Positions 1 through 8,776 are shown, counted from the stretch's first letter. The stretch is 64,000 nt of DNA from Candidatus Pacearchaeota archaeon (GCA_016866975.1 VGKP01000001.1:1-64000), one strand, 5' to 3'. Translations and numbers: made by a program. The notes: generated by a model not told the origin, from the letters alone.

Positions 1-99
1 CATTATACGAAGATATATTCAACAACAGGGAAGAAGCGGTAAGCAGTTGAGATTAGATAACTTCTAGATGCCCCACGGTCTTGCCGTGGGGAGCTTCAC
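1..99 (+). mobile_element. tnpA: IS200/IS605-family element, right end: C-terminus of Y1 transposase TnpA (2..67) plus terminal hairpin
   Basis: Frame 2..67 reads IIRRYIQQQGRSGKQLRLDNF*, containing the YIxxQ catalytic-Tyr motif of Y1 transposases. It is followed by the hairpin CCCCACGG-tcttg-CCGTGGGG (71-91) and ends ...GCTTCAC, typical of IS200/IS605 right ends. Truncated by the window edge. Confidence 0.8.
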
Positions 100-121
100 A
101 GGTATTTTTTTCGGATAATCT

Positions 122-358
122 ATGAAAGAGAATATTAAAACTCGACAATGTCCGGATGGCAAGCATCTAAATTATACCCTTCAGAGATATTATCTCAATA
201 CGCGAGAGGCTGAAATGAAATGTATGGAATGTGATTATCGTTATTTTAGACCGATGAGCGATGTAGAGCGCTTTAATTTGCGCAATGAAGTAAACTTTCT
301 TGTTGATGCCTCTACCCAACAACATAGAAAATTTTTTCCTAGAGATGATAGAAAATAG
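122..358 (+). CDS. small hypothetical protein (possible Cys-containing Zn-ribbon)
   Basis: 78-aa ORF with CPDG...CMEC; no recognisable family. Confidence 0.4.
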   Translation: MKENIKTRQCPDGKHLNYTLQRYYLNTREAEMKCMECDYRYFRPMSDVERFNLRNEVNFLVDASTQQHRKFFPRDDRK

Positions 359-402
359 CATCTTTCCAAAGTGTTTATATATTATAAAAACTCATTTAAT
401 AT

Positions 403-861
403 ATGAAAGAGGCAAAGATCATAATAGGCTCTGATCATGCTGGTTTTTCTGCAAAAGAGAAATTGAAGAGATATCTTAATATGAAAGGAATAGAATATGA
501 AGATGTGGGAGCATTGGTTTTTAAGAAAGATGATGATTACCCTAAGTATGCATTTGCTGTGGCTGAGAAAGTCGTAAAAGACAAGATTTCTAGAGGGATA
601 TTAATATGTCATACTGGAACGGGAATGGCTATAGCTGCAAATAAAGTCAAAGGAATAAGGGCAGCAGAAGCATTTGACGTCTATTCAGCCAAGATGTCAA
701 GGAAAGACAATGATTCTAACATCTTGAGTCTACATGCTTATAATCTTTCATATATGGAGATGGAGAAGATTGTATCTGCTTGGTTAAATACTCCTTTTAG
801 CGGGAAAAGAAGGCACGAGAGAAGGATAAGACAGATTCAGAGGTATGAATCAATAAAATGA
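403..861 (+). CDS. rpiB: ribose-5-phosphate isomerase B
   Basis: IGSDHAG, DDYP, GILICHTGTG, ANKVKGIRA and RRHERR motifs of the RpiB/LacAB family. Confidence 0.95.
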   Translation: MKEAKIIIGSDHAGFSAKEKLKRYLNMKGIEYEDVGALVFKKDDDYPKYAFAVAEKVVKDKISRGILICHTGTGMAIAANKVKGIRAAEAFDVYSAKMSRKDNDSNILSLHAYNLSYMEMEKIVSAWLNTPFSGKRRHERRIRQIQRYESIK

Positions 862-1511
862 GCACAGTCATACCAACTATATTTTCTCATTCTATTGGCG
901 ATTTTAAGAAAAGATTGTCTTTACTTGTGAAGTTTGCTCCGCAACTCCAAATTGATTTCATGGATGGAGTGTTTGTAAGTTCTAAATCTGCTCCTTTGTC
1001 TGAGATTCCCGATTTGAAACGCTATAAAAAGGAATTTGAAGCCCATTTAATGGTTGCACATCCAGAAGACTGGATTGCAGACCTTATCCACAAGGGTTTT
1101 GGTAAAATCATTGTTCACATCGAATCCCTCCAAAATAATGATAGAGGGCTTAATCTAATTCATCTTATAAAGGCCATGGGGGCCCAACCCATGCTCGCTA
1201 TCAATCCTGAAACTTCTATAGATAGACTTGATCCATTCCTTGATAACGTAAATCATATTCTTGTGATGGGTGTGTCTCCAGGAGAGGAACATCAGAAGCT
1301 TGCTCCGAACACTATACGACGAGTCTCAACTCTCAAAAAAAGAGGGATTTGGGTGCAAGTTGATGGAGGAGTCAATGGAGATACTATCGGCAAATTAGTT
1401 ACCTCCGGTGTAGATGCCGTTAATTCAGGGAGTTTTATTGCCGAATCTAGAGATCCTAAGAACGCTTATAATCAGCTTTTGATGGCATTTAAGAAAGAAA
1501 AGAAAAAATAA
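858..1511 (+). CDS. rpe: ribulose-phosphate 3-epimerase
   Basis: IDFMDGVFV, EAHLMV, HIE, VMGVSPG and QVDGGVN motifs; ATGA overlap with rpiB. Confidence 0.93.
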   Translation: MSTVIPTIFSHSIGDFKKRLSLLVKFAPQLQIDFMDGVFVSSKSAPLSEIPDLKRYKKEFEAHLMVAHPEDWIADLIHKGFGKIIVHIESLQNNDRGLNLIHLIKAMGAQPMLAINPETSIDRLDPFLDNVNHILVMGVSPGEEHQKLAPNTIRRVSTLKKRGIWVQVDGGVNGDTIGKLVTSGVDAVNSGSFIAESRDPKNAYNQLLMAFKKEKKK

Positions 1512-1534
1512 AAGGATTTCTATTGATGCTCCTA

Positions 1535-1664
1535 TTTCTTAACGCTTGTAGAAATTCTCTACTTTTAGTAGAGGTTAAAATTGTAAGGATTTCCACGGCA
1601 GTCACAAAACCTCAAGCAAGCCTCCGCTTAAAAGCCGAGGTTAAAACCTGAAGGGTTTTTTGAC
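1535..1664 (-). repeat. non-coding palindromic element (IS200/IS605-derived, PATE-like) with two hairpins
   Basis: Imperfect inverted repeat GTCACAAAACC (1601-1611) / GGTTTTTTGAC (1654-1664) encloses the hairpin CCTCCGCTT-AA-AAGCCGAGG (1621-1640). A second hairpin CTCTAC-tttta-GTAGAG lies in 1535-1580, a segment repeated at 32865-32910. Confidence 0.6.
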
Positions 1665-1678
1665 GTTTATTGAGGACT

Positions 1679-2206
1679 TCATTTTGAAATTTCTCCTTGA
1701 ATGTATCTAAGAATCATATCTGTTCTCTTATTAACATCTGTTGCTGGAATATGTACTATTTTGTATCCTGCCATGATATAGACTTCTTTTAACTTACATT
1801 CAATCTGCATGGCGGCGTCATGGTTTTCAGCTCTAATTTCATTATTTTTTACAAAGCCCAAGTTTTCTACGAGAAAAACACCTGTATAGGCTCTTGTTTG
1901 TCTTTGTATCTCTCTGCTAATTTCTGTTTCAGGTTGAATATACGCTAGACCATCCAATATTCCTCGGTCTATAAAGATCCTCTCTAGATTTTTTGGAACT
2001 CTTTCTTCTCTCTGCATTTGCAGATTGAGAATCTTCTTTTGAAAATCTGGAGACTTCCAAGGCGAGGGATTTCCTTTTGCCTGCTCTAGCCTAATCACAT
2101 CCTCTGCTGCTTCTCTTATAATATATTCTCCTCTTCTTTCAAGTTCAAGCACTATACAGCTCTTGCCACTTCCAGGCCCACCAGTTAGTATGTATTTCTT
2201 AGTCAT
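1679..2206 (-). CDS. AAA_28 / NadR-Ttd14-type P-loop ATPase (possible nucleotide kinase)
   Basis: N-terminal LTGGPGSGKS Walker A, REAAEDVI and FIDRGILDGLAY. Confidence 0.85.
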   Translation of the reverse strand: MTKKYILTGGPGSGKSCIVLELERRGEYIIREAAEDVIRLEQAKGNPSPWKSPDFQKKILNLQMQREERVPKNLERIFIDRGILDGLAYIQPETEISREIQRQTRAYTGVFLVENLGFVKNNEIRAENHDAAMQIECKLKEVYIMAGYKIVHIPATDVNKRTDMILRYIQGEISK

Positions 2207-2213
2207 TGTAAAA

Positions 2214-2384
2214 TTAGTTCAGTTGCGCCTCTAGTCTCTGTAGCTCTTGCGCGTATTCAGCGACTGTTGCAGTGCTGACGCGGATTCCTGCTGCGCGGCA
2301 TTGTAGGGCTGTTCTAAGATAGCGCTGTTTGAGCTCTGCAATTTTTGCCTTTATATTTGCTGCGTTTTCGATGTAGGCTTTCAT
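2214..2384 (-). CDS. small coiled-coil hypothetical protein (56 aa; not in ORF track)
   Basis: ATG at 2384 with GGAGG upstream; reads MKAYIENAANIKAKIAELKQRYLRTALQCRAAGIRVSTATVAEYAQELQRLEAQLN*; ends 7 nt before the AAA_28 start. Confidence 0.6.
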   Translation of the reverse strand: MKAYIENAANIKAKIAELKQRYLRTALQCRAAGIRVSTATVAEYAQELQRLEAQLN

Positions 2385-2492
2385 GTTTGGTCCTCCATTG
2401 TATAATTTTGCTGCCAGAGAAGTATTTCAATATGTGTAGAGGAATATTCTACAACTATTATTTAATTAGTCTCCTTACGCAAAACTTATAAC

Positions 2493-2717
2493 ATGGAAGA
2501 AAAAAACAAAGACACAAACCTTGCATACAAAGGAGATTGGTGCGAACAGACGGCAGAACTTGCCAGAGTAATGGGAAATAAAGAAATTATGGAAAGAAAC
2601 TATAGGCGAGCAATAGAAGCTTATGAACTTGGAGGATGGTTAGATCAGGCCATTAGAGTCGCAAAAATAATTGATGATAGTGACAAGGTCAGAGAATTGG
2701 AGGAAAAACTAAGATGA
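2493..2717 (+). CDS. small helical (TPR-like) hypothetical protein
   Basis: 74 aa helical-repeat pattern (NYRRAIEAYELGGWLDQAIRVA); ATGA overlap with upp. Confidence 0.6.
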   Translation: MEEKNKDTNLAYKGDWCEQTAELARVMGNKEIMERNYRRAIEAYELGGWLDQAIRVAKIIDDSDKVRELEEKLR

Positions 2718-3337
2718 TTAATAAGATAAATAATCCCGCGATCGAGAATCTACTCTTAAATCTTCGTAATCCTGGAACTAATTCTAAAAACTTCAGAGAG
2801 TCATTGGAAAAAATAGGAGAATATCTGGGCTACGAAATCTCTTTAGGATTAGAGACAATGGAAAAATATATCCTCGCATGCCTTGAAGAAGTTGCCAAAC
2901 ATAGGACATTAAAACAGTCTCCAGTGCTAATAACCATATTAAGGGCTGGATTGCCTCTCCACAGAGGTCTCCAGAATGTTTTTCCTGATTCTGAATCTGG
3001 GTTTATCGGAGCCATGAGGGATGAAGGAACACTCAAATCAAAAATTTATTACTCTGCAATTCCAGATATAAAAGATAAAGAAACAATCATAGTTGATACC
3101 ATGCTCGCCACAGGAGGAAGCCTGATAGATTGCGCAGAATTACTCAAGCAAAGAAACCCTAGAAGCATCAGCATTGTCTCAGCCATGGCTTCTAAGGAAG
3201 GAATAGACAGGATGATAAGATATGACTCTAATATCAAAGTGACTATTGCAGCCATAGATCCAATGCTAAATGACAAAGGGTATATAGTACCTGGACTTGG
3301 TGATGCAGGAGACAGAATATACGGGAAGAAATCATGA
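2714..3337 (+). CDS. upp: uracil phosphoribosyltransferase
   Basis: ILRAG, IIVDTMLATGGS PRPP-binding loop, YIVPGLGDAGDR C-terminal motif. Confidence 0.95.
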   Translation: MINKINNPAIENLLLNLRNPGTNSKNFRESLEKIGEYLGYEISLGLETMEKYILACLEEVAKHRTLKQSPVLITILRAGLPLHRGLQNVFPDSESGFIGAMRDEGTLKSKIYYSAIPDIKDKETIIVDTMLATGGSLIDCAELLKQRNPRSISIVSAMASKEGIDRMIRYDSNIKVTIAAIDPMLNDKGYIVPGLGDAGDRIYGKKS

Positions 3338-3783
3338 GGCAAACCACTTTCGGAATGATAAAACCTGAAAGTATAAAAGAAGGGCTTGAAACTGAGTTAA
3401 TTGAGAGAATTGAAGGTAAAGGTCTAAAGATATCTGGGAGAATAAAGAGAAAGTTGACTAGAGAGGAAGTAAGTATATTATACGGGCATGTTAGAGAGTC
3501 TATCCCCGATATTTATCCCCAAATTGAAGAGCATTTTACAATAAATGAATGCATTCTGCTCAAAGTAGAAGGAGATAATTCTGTCAATAGACTATTAGAT
3601 ATAAGAGGCGCGTCTAACCCTAAAGATGCATTACCTGGGTCAATAAGAGGAGATTACGCCAAAAATCAAGACTATGAAGTGCTCAGAGCCAAGAGAAGAG
3701 TTGCTCATAATTATTTTCATGCTGCCGGGACAGAGGAAGAAGCAAGAAGTATGATTTCTTGCTTGATGAGAAATGACTTCTAA
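3334..3783 (+). CDS. ndk: nucleoside-diphosphate kinase (divergent, copy 1)
   Basis: TFGMIKPE, GASNP..ALPGSIRGDY and catalytic His in NYFHAAG. Confidence 0.88.
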   Translation: MRQTTFGMIKPESIKEGLETELIERIEGKGLKISGRIKRKLTREEVSILYGHVRESIPDIYPQIEEHFTINECILLKVEGDNSVNRLLDIRGASNPKDALPGSIRGDYAKNQDYEVLRAKRRVAHNYFHAAGTEEEARSMISCLMRNDF

Positions 3784-6496
3784 GTTTTTCTTCTCTAAAA
3801 CTCTTGGATTTTATGTCTCTCTAGAGCCACTAAAAATTGACAGCCGTGTAAAAAATGCAGCCGATAAGGCGGGTATAAGCTTGGAATGGGACGATGAAGG
3901 AAGAATAAATTATATAGACTTTGACGATTCTAAGAGACTTCTTGAAGAACTAGGATCTTTCATGCTTACTCCTGCAAATTATTGGAAAGTTTTTGGAGAT
4001 GCTGAAGTTGAGGATAATAAAGAGATGATAAAATCCTTGATGTCCGATTCTTTTTGTGAGTGGCTTGATAGAGTATATGGCGCAGATGGATATTATATTG
4101 ACAATCCAAAGATTGTTTCTAAGCATAGTTATGGAGGAAGTAAGATAAAATCAAACGCGCCTTTTGGAAGACCAGGATGGCTAGATCCAAAAAATAATAT
4201 AAATGATAATGAAGGAGTTCCCCTAAGTGTAAAAATAAAAAGAGGCAAATTTGAGAGTAGCTGGAAATATTGGTCTCCTGATTTCAGTGTCACAAAGATA
4301 CCTTTTCTTGCTCCAATCAGAGGCTATGTGACATCCGTAGGAAAACCTTCGCTTGACTTGGGGATACCTGTAAATGCCAGGCAACCTGTACAGATGATAA
4401 GAGAATGCCGAAATACTCTACTATCATCTTCAATACCCCAAGAAGTTGTCCAAGAAGCTGTCAAAATTATATATCAAGGCTTTGAAAGTGAGTTATTTGA
4501 ATTCATAAAATCACATGGGCATTATTTCAAAGACGCAAAAGAATCTATTAGCATCTCATTGAGAGAAAATTTAATTGATGTGCTCGGAATGGTCAGAATA
4601 AAAGGTTGTAAAAATGAAAATATCAGACGCCATGTAACAAATTTAGTCGATATAGACTATGGCAAATCTGGATTCAAAGAATTTCGAGAATTTGTTGAAA
4701 CTTCTAGGGAAAGATTGAATGATGCCTTAAAATACAAAAAAGACATAGTCTTTGTGATGGGTCATAAGAATCCAGACACAGATACGGTTGTGAGCTCATT
4801 GTTTGAGGCCTGGAGGAATAATCTCATTAAGGAAGATTCAGCCTTTATTCCAATCCTGCAAAGTGAAAAGATGCCTGATGAAATACACGAACTTCTAGGA
4901 GATAGACTAACCTGTAATATAGTAAATTTCAATGACCCTCTGTATATCAAAGCAAAGAAATCTGGTCTTGCGAGATGGATATCTGTTGACCAGAATAGAG
5001 AACCTGAAGTCCAGAGGTTTTTCATATCTATCATTGATCATCACGTTCCATCTGAAATATCAAAAAAACAAGATATACCTAAGACATTGGATGTAATAGG
5101 ATCATGTGCAGCTATGATAACCAGAAAACTAGCAGGGATGGGGGTGGATTTTGACAAAGATACAGCTTTCATTCTTCATGGAGCTACCCTGATGGATACT
5201 GAGAACAGAGTTTCTCATAAAATGACTCCTCAAGATATATCTATAATGAATTTCTTAAAATCCAAGTCCGGAATTGGCGATGAGACTAGGTTTTATCAGG
5301 GACTTATGTCTGTACTATTGAACACTGATGACCCAGACAGACTATTCAATAGAGATTATAAGGAAGATTGGGGATTTGGATTTGCAGTCGCAAAGATAAA
5401 GGGAGGATTTTCCAAAGGCGGGAGAGTATTAAAAAATAAATTGTTAAGGGAAATAGCTGACTTGGCAAGGAGAAATAATCTCCAAAAAAACCTTCCATTG
5501 ACATTAACAAGGATAACTGACTATGATCAGGATAATTCTACAGTAAATCGCGAGAGAGTATATCTTTCCTATAATAGTTCTGCATCAAAGGATTTAAGGG
5601 CTACAATCAGGGAACTTATAATCAAGACTATCAAATTTGAATTTGGTAGCGTGAATTTCAAGGAAGGAAAAGATTGGATAGAGTTTTGGGGTACTGGTAT
5701 ACAATTGTCCAGGAAGAAGACTGCCCCCATATTAGAACCAGTAGTAAAAGCTTTTGACTCATATTTCTATTCTCCATCGAATAAACTATGGATAAAGAAA
5801 GATTTCCTGAAAAAATCCTCTGATCTTATGAAAGTAGAAAAGATATTGGATCATAAATTATCATTCGATGAGGATAAGAGAGTAAATTGGGTGACTTATC
5901 CAGAAGCAAAGAATATTGTAAGCATGCTTGGATTCTCAATTCTTTCTTTATCTGAATATTGGAAAGCATATGATGATGCAGTAAAGTCAAAAGACAGAGA
6001 TATGATCACCAACATGCAAGGATCTGGATTCGTTGAATTTCTAGATTCAGCCATAATAAAGAATAAATGGCTGGTAGATCATCCTAGAATAGAGAATGGA
6101 AAATTAATGGGAAAGAAGACTAAAGTAAAGGTCCCTAAAGATAGTCCTGGATTGATACATCCGGACAATATCGATAGAAGAACTGGGATTCCTGGTAATG
6201 TCCGTTCTACAAATGAATATGGGAATCCTAGGCTTTGGAGATACTGGGCACCTGATGCGGATGTAGTTATACCTGTAAGAAGTTATATTTTCCTTCTCAA
6301 GCAGCCATGTTGGGATGGGAAGTTTCATATAGATGACTGTTTTCCAAACCTAGGAATAAGACCCTGCACCCGAGAACAAATACGTCCTATAATAAACATT
6401 CGTATAAAGGGTAGCAGACTTGTAGTTTCCATAGTCCAAGATGGAGATGCTGTAGAATATATCTGGAAAAAAGGTGAATCTGGCCAGGAAGATTAG
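3773..6496 (+). CDS. 907-aa fusion: central DHH-family (PpaC-like) pyrophosphatase flanked by two homologous FGE/C-type-lectin-like domains
   Basis: GHKNPDTDTVVS, SVDQN, IIDHH, GSCAAMI and GATLMDTEN motifs of family II PPase. The N-terminal (~1-215) and C-terminal (~670-875) regions align with each other. Confidence 0.8.
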   Translation: MTSKFFFSKTLGFYVSLEPLKIDSRVKNAADKAGISLEWDDEGRINYIDFDDSKRLLEELGSFMLTPANYWKVFGDAEVEDNKEMIKSLMSDSFCEWLDRVYGADGYYIDNPKIVSKHSYGGSKIKSNAPFGRPGWLDPKNNINDNEGVPLSVKIKRGKFESSWKYWSPDFSVTKIPFLAPIRGYVTSVGKPSLDLGIPVNARQPVQMIRECRNTLLSSSIPQEVVQEAVKIIYQGFESELFEFIKSHGHYFKDAKESISISLRENLIDVLGMVRIKGCKNENIRRHVTNLVDIDYGKSGFKEFREFVETSRERLNDALKYKKDIVFVMGHKNPDTDTVVSSLFEAWRNNLIKEDSAFIPILQSEKMPDEIHELLGDRLTCNIVNFNDPLYIKAKKSGLARWISVDQNREPEVQRFFISIIDHHVPSEISKKQDIPKTLDVIGSCAAMITRKLAGMGVDFDKDTAFILHGATLMDTENRVSHKMTPQDISIMNFLKSKSGIGDETRFYQGLMSVLLNTDDPDRLFNRDYKEDWGFGFAVAKIKGGFSKGGRVLKNKLLREIADLARRNNLQKNLPLTLTRITDYDQDNSTVNRERVYLSYNSSASKDLRATIRELIIKTIKFEFGSVNFKEGKDWIEFWGTGIQLSRKKTAPILEPVVKAFDSYFYSPSNKLWIKKDFLKKSSDLMKVEKILDHKLSFDEDKRVNWVTYPEAKNIVSMLGFSILSLSEYWKAYDDAVKSKDRDMITNMQGSGFVEFLDSAIIKNKWLVDHPRIENGKLMGKKTKVKVPKDSPGLIHPDNIDRRTGIPGNVRSTNEYGNPRLWRYWAPDADVVIPVRSYIFLLKQPCWDGKFHIDDCFPNLGIRPCTREQIRPIINIRIKGSRLVVSIVQDGDAVEYIWKKGESGQED

Positions 6497-6554
6497 TGTG
6501 GAAGAATATTCTACAACAGATATTTATGTAGTCTTTTTTCTCAGAAATTTCAGA

Positions 6555-7049
6555 ATGGAACAAGAAACAAAACAACAGGAAACAGAAAGACTGGGAACGC
6601 AGGAAGCGACTCTGGCGCTCATAAAACCCGACGGAGTAGCTAGAGGGCTAACAATAGAGTGCATACAAAGAATAGAAAAAGCAGGTCTCAGGATTGCGAG
6701 AAAGAAAATGCTCTGGCTGAACAGAGGAAAAGCTGAAGAACTAAGAAAAGAAATCAGGGAAAAGCACCCCCTAATCTTTGAAGCGCTCATGGAATACATG
6801 ACGGAAGGGCCCTGCATAGCCCTCTTAATAGAAGGGGAAAGCACAATAGAATCACTCAGAAAAATCTGCGGAGCAACAAACCCCAAGGAAGCTGCTTCTG
6901 GAACAATACGTGGTGATTTTGGGGATAAAAAAGAAGATATGAAGGAGCTTTACAGGCAGGGCAAAGTCGTCAAGAACATAATACACTCCTCAGGAAATAA
7001 AGAAGAAGCGCAAGAAGAAATAAAAATAATCTTCGGAGGTGCAGAATGA
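6555..7049 (+). CDS. ndk: nucleoside-diphosphate kinase (divergent, copy 2)
   Basis: TLALIKPDGV, YMTEGP, RKICGATNP, GTIRGDF and NIIHSS. Start probably the ATG at 6555 rather than 6474. Confidence 0.9.
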   Translation: MEQETKQQETERLGTQEATLALIKPDGVARGLTIECIQRIEKAGLRIARKKMLWLNRGKAEELRKEIREKHPLIFEALMEYMTEGPCIALLIEGESTIESLRKICGATNPKEAASGTIRGDFGDKKEDMKELYRQGKVVKNIIHSSGNKEEAQEEIKIIFGGAE

Positions 7050-7516
7050 CCTTTGAGCTTCGCGAAAGAAAAGAGGGGGAGATAATCACTCAATACGATC
7101 CGATAAATAGAAGCATGAACATCCTCGATGCGCAGGGAAAGCCATTCAGGGGACAATTTCATCAGGGGCTCATCACTTATCCTGTAAGAATGGTTTTGGA
7201 AATAGACTCAAGGTGCAATTTCAGATGCCAATATTGCTCTGAAGGAATAAATCCTCCAAAATTCAACATCTCAAAAAGAAAAATTATGTGGCTTATAGAT
7301 GAAGCGGAAGAAATGAAAGTCCACGAATTAACTTTAAGGGGTGGCGAGGCAACTCTCCATCCATGGGCTGAGGGCTATGGCTTGAAGCTGAGGCAGGCAG
7401 AAATTGCGGACAGGCACTATGGATATTACCTCGGTTGGCTCAAGAGCCTCGATAGGAAACCTGATGTCGACCCATTTATTGTAATGTCTTTGGTGAGGCA
7501 ATATGATGGGATATGA
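7046..7516 (+). pseudogene. radical SAM protein, truncated or internally deleted
   Basis: VLEIDSRCNFRCQYC (CxxxCxxC) and LRGGEATLHP, then only ~50 aa before the stop; too short for a complete TIM-barrel radical SAM domain. Confidence 0.75.
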
Positions 7517-7566
7517 TAAGCACGACGCAATGAAGCAGCCCAGCAGGGACACAATGGGGGGAGAAG

Positions 7567-8112
7567 ATGAAAGAAATAACTAGAAAACAAGCTGAAATAG
7601 CACTTTCTGGGATGGCAATAGTCCCTGGATTCGAAAGCATGATCTTGGAGTCTATGGGCTATAAAATTGTTGAACCTCGATTGAGCCTGAAGTATCTGAT
7701 AAATCGGTCAAGAGACAGATACACTTATTGGACAGTTGATGGATTAGATGAGGCAGAGACAGAGAATTTTCTTGTAGCTGCAGGGCCAGTAATCGGGAAA
7801 TACACTGGAAGAACCACATTGGGAATAGGAAAGTGGAGAGAGCTTTGGCTTGAATTTGCCAGAAAAGATAGTTTGGACAAAGTTGTAAGCCTTGAAATGG
7901 CTAACTTGCCTATAACTGCTTCAGACAGCACAGAATTTAACTCCAGAAACTGCTCAATTATAGGGGCAAGAATAGATGTTGTTGGCAGAGATATGATAGA
8001 TGCAAACTACCTTGACCCTAAAGGGAATGTCCTGGAGAAATTCAGAGTAGACTTGAACGAGAAATATCAGCAAGCTGTAGACCAAAAATCTACAACAGAT
8101 AGAAAGGTATAA
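7567..8112 (+). CDS. hypothetical protein
   Basis: 181-aa ORF with upstream GGGGGGAG RBS; no recognisable motif. Confidence 0.65.
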   Translation: MKEITRKQAEIALSGMAIVPGFESMILESMGYKIVEPRLSLKYLINRSRDRYTYWTVDGLDEAETENFLVAAGPVIGKYTGRTTLGIGKWRELWLEFARKDSLDKVVSLEMANLPITASDSTEFNSRNCSIIGARIDVVGRDMIDANYLDPKGNVLEKFRVDLNEKYQQAVDQKSTTDRKV

Positions 8113-8140
8113 ATAGATAGGGCTACTCGTTAGAAGTAAT

Positions 8141-8776
8141 ATGATGAAGGATCTATCCATAAAGTTGGCAAAAGAAGTTGAACCCTTTTATGATAAAAAT
8201 GGTGCACACGACTTAGCTCACGTCAAAAGAGTTCTTGATATTGCTGAACAAATTGCAAAAACAGAAAAAGGTGTCGATTTAGACATTCTGCGCGCAGGAG
8301 TATTGCTTCATGATATTGCCCGTAAAATGGAAGAAGAAGGCAAATGTGAAAATCATGCTATAAAAGGAGCGGAAATGGCCCCTGAACTCTTAAGGAATAT
8401 AGGTTTTCCAGAAGATAAGATAAAAGCTGTTCAGTATTGCGTGCTTGTACATCGTAAAAGTAAGAGAATCAAAGCAGAGACTATTGAAGCTAAAATATTA
8501 CAAGATGCTGATAGAATTGAGATATTTGGAGCAGTGGGCATTGCACGCACATTTGCTGATCTTTCTGCTCGAGGAATGCTTCTTCATTCCAATAAATCGA
8601 GAAAACTGACTTATTTTGAAGATACTGATAGTGATAGTATCTTGGAATATATGAGAAGCTTACTATTTGCTACAAGAAAAAAATTTCATACCAAAAAAGG
8701 ATGGGATATTATTAAGCCGCGCTTGGAATTTATTAGGAATTTTATTGTTCAATTTGAAAAAGAGTGGAGAGAATGA
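8141..8776 (+). CDS. HD-domain metal-dependent phosphohydrolase
   Basis: HDLAHVKRV, LLHDIA, VHR and LQDADRIE motifs. Confidence 0.9.
   Translation: MMKDLSIKLAKEVEPFYDKNGAHDLAHVKRVLDIAEQIAKTEKGVDLDILRAGVLLHDIARKMEEEGKCENHAIKGAEMAPELLRNIGFPEDKIKAVQYCVLVHRKSKRIKAETIEAKILQDADRIEIFGAVGIARTFADLSARGMLLHSNKSRKLTYFEDTDSDSILEYMRSLLFATRKKFHTKKGWDIIKPRLEFIRNFIVQFEKEWRE

Noticed and set aside
3773-6496. Diversity-generating retroelement targeting the CLec-like domains
   Set aside because: No reverse transcriptase, avd or adenine-mismatched TR/VR repeat pair is visible in the window. The two domains are similar only at protein level.
7046-7516. Prokaryotic viperin (ddhNTP synthase), suggested by a radical SAM gene next to nucleotide kinases
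   Set aside because: The motif context (P.RMVLEIDSRCNFRCQYC, RGGEATLH) looks like the PqqE/SPASM-type start rather than viperin, and the gene is truncated. Kept only as a general modified-nucleotide hypothesis.
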